Assembly: GCA_028289375.1 (NCBI GenBank) | Contig: JANQQK010000035.1 | Coordinates: 113,497-177,496, forward strand | Direction of reading: 5' to 3' | Length of the DNA: 64,000 nucleotides | DNA from: Phycisphaerae bacterium | Lineage (GTDB): Bacteria; Planctomycetota; Phycisphaerae; UBA1845 | Part shown: piece after piece, positions 18,112-26,002 of the stretch | Position numbering within the stretch: the stretch's first letter is position 1 | How the letters are laid out: each line of letters starts with the position of its first letter | Notes under the pieces: generated by a model | What the model saw: only the letters and a program-made list of their open reading frames with translations | What the model was told of the DNA's origin: nothing | The model's database searches: none | Program-made: the position numbers and the translations under genes

Positions 18112-21100
18112 CTACGCGACGGCGGAGTCGACGGACTCGAACTTGACGCTGACCGGCGTGGAGACACCTGGTTCCTGCATCGTAACGCCGTAAAGTTGTT
18201 CCGCGATGGCCATCGTGCGTTTGGAGTGCGTGACGATGATGAACTGCGCCTGATCGAGGAATTCCTGAACGATGTTGTTGAAGCGTTCGTTGTTGGCTTC
18301 GTCGAGGGCGGCGTCGACCTCGTCTAGAATGGCCAATGGGGACGGTCGCGAGCGGAAGATGCTCATGAGCAGCGCGATGGCGGTCATGGTTTTTTCGCCG
18401 CCGGACATAAGCGAGATGCGCTGGAGTTCCTTGCCCGGGGGCTTTGCAAGAATTTCGATGCCGCATTCCAGAATGTCTTCGGGGTCTTCGAGGACGATGT
18501 CGGCTTTGCCGCCGCCGAAGAGTTTGCGGAAGAGTTGGTGGAAGTTGTTGCGGATGGTCTCGAAGGCGGTGGTGAAGCGCTGCATGCACTCGGCGTCGAG
18601 GCGGCCGATGAGGTCTTCCAGTTGTTTGCGTGATTCGTTGAGGTCGTTGCGCTGGCTGGTGAGGAAGGTTTCACGTTCTTCCAGTTCAGCCAACTCATCG
18701 ATGGCGTCGAGGTTCACGTTGCCGAGGCGGTCGATTTTCTGTTTGAGTTCGTTGATCTCGTTTTCGACTGCCTGCCAGTCCTGATCGGTGTGGTCATACT
18801 CGGCGTACTTCTGCGACAGATCGATGTGCAGTTCCTCGCGAGTGCGGGATGTCAATTCGTCGCGGCGGACGGCGGATTCGTGCTTTTCGATGTCGAGTTC
18901 GTGCAAGCGGTTTTCGAGTTCGCCGAGTTTGCTGCGGATTTCCTTGGTTTTGGCGGCCAACTGTTCGGCGCTGCTGCGGAGTTCCTCGCGGCGACGGCGG
19001 AGTTGGATGGCCTGCTGGTCGAGACGTTCCGCTTCGGCGGCGAGGGATTCGAGGCGTTCGCGGGCGTCTGCGATCGTCTGCTTCGACTCGGCCATGCGCA
19101 TGCCGGCGGATTCGCGTTCTTGCTCGGCGTGGGCGATGGCTTCGTCGCTTGTTGCGATGCTTCGGCGAAGCTGATGGATCGTATCAGCCATGGCGGAGCG
19201 TTTTTCGGCCAGCGCGCTGAGGGCGATCTGCGTTTCGGTGACGGCGCGGCGGAGTTGTTCGCGTTGTGTCGAGAGGGATTCGATCTCATCGTCGAACTCG
19301 GCGACGACGCGCTCGCGCTCGGCATTTTCGGATTCGAGTTTGTCGACCGATGCGGATTCGACCTGGGCACGTTCGGCTGCTTCGGCGATTTCCTGTTGAA
19401 TCAGGGCGACCTGGCCGGTGACCATGGGCTGTTCTTCGGTCAGTCGGGCGACGGCGGTGTTGACTTCGTCGAGGACGACGTTTGCTTCTGCCTTGGCGGT
19501 GTTGGTTTCGTAGACGGCGTGCTTGAGTTCGTCGCAGATGCGTTCGAGGTGTTTGGCGTTGGTGTCGGCTTCGTTGATTTCGCTTTCGCGGCTGCGGATG
19601 TCGACGTCGATGGATTCCAACTGCTGAGCGACGTCGAGGCGTTCGCTCTTACGCGTGATCAGGCCCGCACGGCTGGTCGTGGGACCGAACGAGACGACGC
19701 CGGTCGGCTCGACGACTTCGCCGGCGAGGGTGACGAATCGTCGACCTGCGAGATCCTGCTGAGACAATGACAGTGCGACGTCGAGCGATTCGACGATGGC
19801 GGTCTTGCCGAGCAGGTGTCGTGCCAATCGTTCGTAGCGTTCTTCGTAACGCACCCAGTCGGACGCCCAGGCAATGAAACCTGGGACGTGCGACAGGTCG
19901 GAGTCGTTGATGATCGCAGGCAGGCGATCGAGGCAGACGGCCGAGACGCGGCCCGGCAGGTCACCGCACTGTTGCTGGCAGGCACGAAGCGTGTCGGCGT
20001 CGGCCATGACTAGCTGTTGGTCGAAGTCACCGAGGGCGGCTTCGATGACCGCGGCGTGTTCGATGTCGCTGGTGAAGAGTTCGCCGACCATGCCGAAGAC
20101 GCCTGCCAGTGTTTCATCGTCAGGGCGGGCCGCCTTCAGATCGAGGATGGCTCGGACGCCGGTACCGACGCCTTCCATTTTGCGGTCAAGATCATCGAGC
20201 AGTTGCTTCTGCGTGCGCAGCCCGCTGCGTTTTTCGCGCAAGTCGCCAAGCTCGCCCGTAAGCTGGGCAACACGCTGCTTCACGCTTGTCGCTTCGGCCT
20301 GCTTCTGCGCGAGGGAGGATTCATGCTGCTGTGCAAGCGTGGATAGCTCAGCCACGCGCTGCTGGAGCGTGTTCTGCTTGAGGACGTATGCTTCGACCTG
20401 GCGGGTGATGGCTTTTTCGCGTTCGCCGAGGCGGCCATGCTCGGCTTCGAGGGTTTCGCGATGTTTGTGCAGGCTGGTGATTTCGTTGCGAAGTTGGGTG
20501 GTGCGCCGCATCAGTTCGATGAGGCCTGCTTTCTCGTCGGCGACTTTGGCTTGCGTTTCGGTCAGTTCGCGGGCGACGCTGCGTTCTTCCTCTGTGAGGT
20601 TGCGGAGCTTTTCCTCGTAGCCGTGGGTTTCGTGCTGCAGGGCGTTGGCGTCTTCGTGGACGGCGTCGAGCTGTGTCTTGGTCTGCTGCCGCTGTGCTTG
20701 CAACTGCTCAATTCGCTGGGCAGATCGCTGCGAAGCTGTCTGCAGCTCGGCCATGCGCTGCTCGGTTGAGGCGATGCGTTCTTCGTGGGTCGCGATTTCG
20801 GAGCGCGTTTCGATGAGATCCTGATCGATGGCGGAAAGTTCTTCGCCGACCTTGTCGATCTGCGTGGTAATCGAGGCGGATTCGGCTTCGTTGCGGTCGA
20901 TGTGGGATCGCAGCGCGGTGCAGTTGTCCTCGGTGTCGGTCGATTCGCGTCCGAGGCGATCAATCAACTCGGTGAGCTTGTGGAACTCGGCCAGGCTGTA
21001 GCTGGAGCGAAGTTCCTTGAGACGCTCGTCGTATGCTTGGAAGTTGCGAGCCTTACCGGCTTGCAGTTTGACGCTGCGCAGACGCTTCTGGACTTCCTCG

Positions 21101-21684
21101 ATGATATCGTCCACGCGGAGCAGGTTCTGCTGGGTGCGTTCGAGTTTGCGCTGGGCCTCTTTCTTGCGGACCTTGTATTTTCCGATGCCGGCCGCCTCTT
21201 CAAAGATTGCACGACGGTCGGCGGGCGACGACGTGAGCAGCACGTCAACGCGGCCCTGCTCGATGATGGAGTAGGTATCTGCCCCGACGCCGGTATCGAG
21301 GAACATCTCGCGGATGTCCTTGAGTCGGCTCGAATTGTTGTTGACGAGGTATTCGCTTTCACCCGAGCGATACAGACGACGGGTGATGCGAACTTCGTCC
21401 TCATCCATGGCGAGTTGGCGATCGGCGTTGTCGAAGATGAGCACGACCTCGGCCATGCCGCTGCTTTTTCGCGTCGATGAGCCGTTGAAGATCATGTCGG
21501 ACATCTGCCGGCCACGAAGGAGTTTGGCAGACTGCTCGCCGAGGACCCACTTGTAGGCGTCGACGACGTTGCTCTTACCGCAGCCATTGGGCCCGACGAT
21601 GCACGTCACACCAGGCGAGAAATCAAAAGCCACCTTATCGGAGAAGCTCTTGAAACCATGCATCGTGATCTTCTTGAGGTACAT
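18112..21684 (-). CDS. smc: Chromosome segregation protein SMC
   Basis: 1190 aa. The N-terminal Walker A is FSPGVTCIVGPNGCGKSNV. Long coiled coils flank a central hinge. The C-terminal part has the signature LSGGEKTMTAIALL and Walker B LAILDEVDAALD. Confidence 0.95.
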   Translation of the reverse strand: MYLKKITMHGFKSFSDKVAFDFSPGVTCIVGPNGCGKSNVVDAYKWVLGEQSAKLLRGRQMSDMIFNGSSTRKSSGMAEVVLIFDNADRQLAMDEDEVRITRRLYRSGESEYLVNNNSSRLKDIREMFLDTGVGADTYSIIEQGRVDVLLTSSPADRRAIFEEAAGIGKYKVRKKEAQRKLERTQQNLLRVDDIIEEVQKRLRSVKLQAGKARNFQAYDERLKELRSSYSLAEFHKLTELIDRLGRESTDTEDNCTALRSHIDRNEAESASITTQIDKVGEELSAIDQDLIETRSEIATHEERIASTEQRMAELQTASQRSAQRIEQLQAQRQQTKTQLDAVHEDANALQHETHGYEEKLRNLTEEERSVARELTETQAKVADEKAGLIELMRRTTQLRNEITSLHKHRETLEAEHGRLGEREKAITRQVEAYVLKQNTLQQRVAELSTLAQQHESSLAQKQAEATSVKQRVAQLTGELGDLREKRSGLRTQKQLLDDLDRKMEGVGTGVRAILDLKAARPDDETLAGVFGMVGELFTSDIEHAAVIEAALGDFDQQLVMADADTLRACQQQCGDLPGRVSAVCLDRLPAIINDSDLSHVPGFIAWASDWVRYEERYERLARHLLGKTAIVESLDVALSLSQQDLAGRRFVTLAGEVVEPTGVVSFGPTTSRAGLITRKSERLDVAQQLESIDVDIRSRESEINEADTNAKHLERICDELKHAVYETNTAKAEANVVLDEVNTAVARLTEEQPMVTGQVALIQQEIAEAAERAQVESASVDKLESENAERERVVAEFDDEIESLSTQREQLRRAVTETQIALSALAEKRSAMADTIHQLRRSIATSDEAIAHAEQERESAGMRMAESKQTIADARERLESLAAEAERLDQQAIQLRRRREELRSSAEQLAAKTKEIRSKLGELENRLHELDIEKHESAVRRDELTSRTREELHIDLSQKYAEYDHTDQDWQAVENEINELKQKIDRLGNVNLDAIDELAELEERETFLTSQRNDLNESRKQLEDLIGRLDAECMQRFTTAFETIRNNFHQLFRKLFGGGKADIVLEDPEDILECGIEILAKPPGKELQRISLMSGGEKTMTAIALLMSIFRSRPSPLAILDEVDAALDEANNERFNNIVQEFLDQAQFIIVTHSKRTMAIAEQLYGVTMQEPGVSTPVSVKFESVDSAVA

Positions 21685-21853
21685 AGGCTGCTAACCTCCG
21701 TGTCTTCGTAGGCAGCGTCCGTCCGTGGACGCGCGGGAGCTGCTGCTCTTCGACGGTTGACTATTCCTTGTTGTTCCGACCCATTGTCGACCGAGAGAAG
21801 GTACCACAATCGGTCAGCGGAGACAAAAGCTTTCTGGAGTTTTTCAAGGCTGA

Positions 21854-23701
21854 CTATGGGTTGCCGGTGTCGGTGTCGTCGGCGAGAAAGCGCACGGTGA
21901 GTTGCAGATCGACTGTCATCGGCGGGCAGTCGTCGCCCAAATCTATCAGTACTTCGCGCACTTTCGTGTCGAGGCGTTCGGTGGTGGACTGCGTGCGGAT
22001 GGACTTACGTCCCATCATGCCTTCCATGTGAACCACGGTGCCGCGCAATATAACGTCCGCCAACGCATCGGTTGATGCCATCACCGATTGACCGACAAAT
22101 ACGCGACTGATGTCGGCTTCGTCGACTTCGGCGCGGAGACGGATGCGGTCGACGTTTCCGAGGCTGAGAATAGGCGGTTGCTGCTCGGCGTCGATGTCGA
22201 AGATTTCGCCAGGTTCGAGATGGCGATAGAGCACGTGGCCATCGATCGGGCTGCGGATGACGTGCTTGTCGAGGTCGGCTTCGGCGAGTTTCAATGCGGC
22301 TTGTGCCTGCTCAACGTTGGCTTCGGCGATGGCGAGATCATCGGGTGTTGGTCCTGCTTCGGACATCCGGGCGGCGGCAAGTTTGGATTCCAGTTCCGCC
22401 TCGGCGAGTCGAAGGTCTTCGACGGCTTCGTTGAATTCGGTGTCGGCCGCCTGGGATTGGGCGTGCAGTGCGGCGATGCGGTCATGCTCACGTTTGGCCC
22501 GTTCGTGGCGGGCTTTGGCTTTGTCGACCGCGGCGCGTGCCTGCTGGCGTTCTTCGGATCTGGTCCATGCATTCAGATCGGCGAGGTTGGCCCGGGCCAA
22601 CTTGAGGTCGGCCCGACGCAACGCAACGGTCGCCCGCGCGATGGTGTCATCGAGTGTCACCAGCGACTCGCCAATGGTGACCCGCTCACCGGCTTGTTTG
22701 GCGATCGACACAATGCGGCCACTGCGTTCGGCACGGAGGGCGATGACCTGGCTGATCGGCTCGACGACGGCGGGAGCAGCGGCGACAACACCTTGATCAA
22801 GCGTTCGTTCCGTTACGTTTGGCGTTGCGGGCGACGATACGGATCGGCTGGCCGACTTCTGCTGCGACCCGAACCACCACCCCCCACCGCCCATCACGAG
22901 CAGCGTGACGATCCACAGGAGCGCAGCCAATGCGCGTCCACCGCGTCGGTCGGCGGTTTCGATGACGGGTGCGCGCTCGGTCATGGTTCCAACATCGCTC
23001 GCGTGTGTTCCTTCATCGTCGGCCATCCTGCCATCCACCAGGTGCACGATCTTATCCACAAATGGCTCGAGACGGGAATCGTGCGACACGAGGACAACGG
23101 CTTTGCCGTGGTCGTGGGCCGCTGCGGAGAGACACTGCATGACATCGCGGGCGTGCTCCCAGTCAAGATTGGCGGTCGGCTCGTCGGCCAAAAGCAACCT
23201 CCCCGGACTGGCCAGCGCCCTGGCGATGCTGGCCCGTTGACGCTCACCGCCGCTCAACGTTGCGGGCAGGTGACGTTTGCGGGCAGTCATGTTCACCAGT
23301 TCCAGGCAGCGACCAGCCAGCGCGGCATCTGACGGTTGCTCGCCGTTTCGCGACGATCGGAGGCGAGCGCCAAGCACAACGTTGTCCCAGACCGTCAGCG
23401 ATTCAAGCAGATTCGACCCCTGAAAGATGAATGCGACGTGCTGTCTGCGTGCGGCGGGAAGCTCCGATTCCAAGACATCCTTCATCGGTCGGCCATTGAG
23501 CCACATGTCGCCGTCGTCGTGTCGCTGGAGCAGTCCAAGGATGTGCAGCAGCGTCGTCTTACCACTGCCGGACGGGCCTTTGATCATCACGATTTCGCCG
23601 GCGTGGACCGAAAAGCTGACGTCGCGCAGGGCATGAACCAGCGTGGCGCCGCTGCCGAATCGTTTCGAGATGTCGCGCACGATGGCCACGGGTTCGCTCA
23701 T
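21854..23701 (-). CDS. Fusion protein: ABC transporter ATP-binding domain (DevA/MacB-type), TM helix and HlyD-family periplasmic adaptor
   Basis: Walker A GPSGSGKTT, signature LSGGERQR and Walker B LLLADEP come first. Next is the TM helix ALAALLWIVTLLVMGGGGWWF. The adaptor follows: a lipoyl-like hairpin (GRIVSIAKQAGERVTIGESLVTLDD), a coiled coil, and IRSPIDGHVL. The start ATG at 23701 overlaps the permease stop (ATGA). Confidence 0.8.
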   Translation of the reverse strand: MSEPVAIVRDISKRFGSGATLVHALRDVSFSVHAGEIVMIKGPSGSGKTTLLHILGLLQRHDDGDMWLNGRPMKDVLESELPAARRQHVAFIFQGSNLLESLTVWDNVVLGARLRSSRNGEQPSDAALAGRCLELVNMTARKRHLPATLSGGERQRASIARALASPGRLLLADEPTANLDWEHARDVMQCLSAAAHDHGKAVVLVSHDSRLEPFVDKIVHLVDGRMADDEGTHASDVGTMTERAPVIETADRRGGRALAALLWIVTLLVMGGGGWWFGSQQKSASRSVSSPATPNVTERTLDQGVVAAAPAVVEPISQVIALRAERSGRIVSIAKQAGERVTIGESLVTLDDTIARATVALRRADLKLARANLADLNAWTRSEERQQARAAVDKAKARHERAKREHDRIAALHAQSQAADTEFNEAVEDLRLAEAELESKLAAARMSEAGPTPDDLAIAEANVEQAQAALKLAEADLDKHVIRSPIDGHVLYRHLEPGEIFDIDAEQQPPILSLGNVDRIRLRAEVDEADISRVFVGQSVMASTDALADVILRGTVVHMEGMMGRKSIRTQSTTERLDTKVREVLIDLGDDCPPMTVDLQLTVRFLADDTDTGNP

Positions 23702-24831
23702 CGAAATACCTCGGCCGGCGCCAATCGAAATACCCGCCACGCCCCGATCAAGCTTGATGTCAGGCAGATGATGAGTGTCATGGGCAACAGCAGCAGCAGC
23801 ATCCGCGGTGTCATGGTCATCACCACAGCCGTTCCACCCTCGCCCCAGATTCTCGAGACGACGACCGCCCCGGCGCACCCGAACACGTATCCCAGCAGGC
23901 TGATGATCAAACCCTGTCCGAGGATGACACCAGCCACGAATCCATTGTCGTAGCCCAGCGCCTTGAGCACGCCGAATTCACGCATCTTGACCAACACGCT
24001 CGTGACGAACGTTTGTCCGATGACGACCATGCCCACGATCAACGCCAGAACTGCCATCAAAACGAGCGAATACCCCATGCCCGTGCCGAAGACCCAGTAG
24101 CGCCAACTGCGTTCGGCGAATTGGCCACGCGTGAGCACTTCGACGTCGTCCACGCGTGACAGGATGTCTGCCCGAACCTGTTCGAGGTCGGCACCGTCAG
24201 CGCAATCGACCATAATGAAGACTGTCTTGTCCGATCCGATCCGCGTCAGATCGAGGGCCGACTCATAGGAGCAGAAGGCGTACGGCGTGATGGCGAATGA
24301 GTTCATGCCCGTGACGTAACCCGCCACATGCACGCGGTACCCACGAATCTCGCCGCGCGTTCCCACCGGCAAGGGCTTGCCATCCACGCCGAACCGCCAC
24401 CGCTCACGATCGTCCATAATGATGCCGTAACCCTCGTTCGTCCGTCCGCGGATGCGACCAGTGTCGATGGGAAGCCAATCACGTTCGGTATCGACGCCGA
24501 CGACAATGACCGACTCCTGCCGGCCATCCTCGAACCGCCAATGTCCGAACCCCACGACCATGCGGCCCGCATGCTGCACGCCGTCGACGCCGAGAACGTG
24601 GTATCGTCGCCGGCCTGGCATCGACGTGGAGAAGTCTGCGTTGGATGCGTTTTGCGGCACGACCCACAGGTCGGCAGAGCATTGATTGATGAGCTTCGCG
24701 GAGCTTTCGATCGCCCCGAGGAAAATCGAGACCTGCACGGCCATCAGCACGACCGAGAAAACCAGTCCGACGACGGCGATGGTGAATCGGAGCTTGTCGC
24801 GGACGAGGTTGCACCAGGCGATCTTCCACAT
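23698..24831 (-). CDS. ABC transporter permease, FtsX/MacB/DevC-like
   Basis: The N-terminus MWKIAWCNLVRDKLRFTIAVVGLVF is followed by a periplasmic domain and a C-terminal FtsX-type 3-helix bundle ending LAPAEVFR. Confidence 0.8.
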   Translation of the reverse strand: MWKIAWCNLVRDKLRFTIAVVGLVFSVVLMAVQVSIFLGAIESSAKLINQCSADLWVVPQNASNADFSTSMPGRRRYHVLGVDGVQHAGRMVVGFGHWRFEDGRQESVIVVGVDTERDWLPIDTGRIRGRTNEGYGIIMDDRERWRFGVDGKPLPVGTRGEIRGYRVHVAGYVTGMNSFAITPYAFCSYESALDLTRIGSDKTVFIMVDCADGADLEQVRADILSRVDDVEVLTRGQFAERSWRYWVFGTGMGYSLVLMAVLALIVGMVVIGQTFVTSVLVKMREFGVLKALGYDNGFVAGVILGQGLIISLLGYVFGCAGAVVVSRIWGEGGTAVVMTMTPRMLLLLLPMTLIICLTSSLIGAWRVFRLAPAEVFR

Positions 24832-24838
24832 GGCCCGC

Positions 24839-24844
24839 AGTATA
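24839..24844 (-). promoter_or_regulatory. Candidate -10 box (TATACT) 7 nt upstream of the permease ATG (leaderless geometry)
   Basis: The minus strand reads GGTATACTGCGGGCCATG. There is no Shine-Dalgarno sequence and no convincing -35 element. Confidence 0.25.
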
Positions 24845-24971
24845 CCCCGCGGGCCGTGATACCCCACGCGTGCTCGGTGCCGGTGAAAGTCGTCGGGGTG
24901 TGACTTGTTGGAATCGGGCGGCTTGGTTAGGCTCTCGGCTTCCGCGTTGTCCTCATCGGCGACGCGGTCCA

Positions 24972-25058
24972 GGAGCGGTGTCCGAGCGGCTGAAGGGACC
25001 GCATTGGAAATGCGGTGTACGGGTTACCGTACCGAGGGTTCGAATCCCTCCCGCTCCG
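24972..25058 (+). tRNA. tRNA-Ser (anticodon GGA)
   Basis: Acceptor GGAGCGG pairs with CCGCTCC, plus discriminator G. The anticodon stem CCGCA/TGCGG carries the loop TTGGAAA. It has a long class II variable arm (GTACGGGTTACCGTAC) and the T-arm GAGGG TTCGAAT CCCTC. No CCA is encoded. Confidence 0.92.
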
Positions 25059-25170
25059 GTTCTTATATTCTTTAATGGAAAGCACTTACACTTCTCATCG
25101 GTGTCCCGTCGGCGCCGAAACGTCGCTGCGATCATCAACACCTGCGCGTCGACCTGTTCGGAGCACGTGA

Positions 25171-25647
25171 ATGAGTGACACGACACTTCGCGAGCATCTG
25201 CTGTGGCTGCTGGATGGGGGCGACGCACATGTGTCCTTCGAAGCAGCCACGGCGAACCTGCCATTCGAAGTGCAGGGTCGCCGCGCTCCCGGAATTCCAC
25301 ACACACCCTGGCAGTTGTTGGAACACTTGAGGATATGCCAGTGGGACATCCTGGAATTCAGCTGCAACCCCGAACACACATCTCCGGTATTCCCCGACGG
25401 ATATTGGCCGACCGGCGAGACACCACCCGACGTGCACGCCTGGTCAGCCAGCGTCGATCGGTATCAACACGACCTGTACGAGATCAAACGACTCGTCCGC
25501 GACTCCGCAAACGACCTGCTCACGCCGTTTCCATGGGGCCACGGGCAGACGCTCCTGCGTGAAGTGTTGCTGGTGGCCGACCACAATGCCTATCACCTGG
25601 GCCAACTGGTGGTCGCGAGAAAAGCGCTTGGTGCTTGGAACCCCTGA
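25171..25647 (+). CDS. DinB-family (DinB_2-like) four-helix-bundle protein
   Basis: 158 aa with spaced His residues (WQLLEHLRICQWDILEF ... ADHNAYHLGQLV) typical of the DinB superfamily. Confidence 0.65.
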   Translation: MSDTTLREHLLWLLDGGDAHVSFEAATANLPFEVQGRRAPGIPHTPWQLLEHLRICQWDILEFSCNPEHTSPVFPDGYWPTGETPPDVHAWSASVDRYQHDLYEIKRLVRDSANDLLTPFPWGHGQTLLREVLLVADHNAYHLGQLVVARKALGAWNP

Positions 25648-26002
25648 CGATCAGGTGTTCGACGCCATGCGGCAACGTGCGTCCGTCTGCCCGGAACCGA
25701 ACGGGGGTGGCACACCGAGACTTCCAGATTTCACGGTGGGCGAAGTGCGTTAACTGACGCGGCGAGTCGGAATCGAGCCCATTCGAAGCGGTGATGCGGA
25801 ACGCCGGCGCGATGGCACCCAAATCCGAACTGCCACAACCAACATAAACCACTTAAAAACAACCACTTAAGGCACCACACCCACCTGGCTGCCCGTTGGT
25901 GGCCTACAATGGACGTGTGGTCGCGGGGTTTCTCATCGTCCCTGCCGGTTCGATAACATGGTGGTGTTCTTTGGGCGACGGTGAGGGGCGACAGTCTGAT
26001 TC

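Noticed and set aside
18112-21684. SMC as part of a defence system (Wadjet/Lamassu-type)
   Set aside because: At 1190 aa, with a canonical head-coiled-coil-hinge layout and housekeeping-type motifs, this is the chromosomal condensin SMC. No JetA/B/D-like or LmuA/B-like partners are adjacent.
24972-25647. tRNA-Ser as the integration site of a genomic island (A/T-rich sequence directly after the tRNA, then accessory-looking genes)
   Set aside because: No integrase gene is present, and I could find no duplicated copy of the tRNA 3' end downstream in the window. The downstream genes are in mixed orientation without mobile-element hallmarks.
25847-25870. Tandem 10-mers AACCACTTAA-AAAC-AACCACTTAA in the intergenic region upstream of the protease gene
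   Set aside because: There are only two short copies with no further occurrences noticed. This is too little to call a regulatory repeat.
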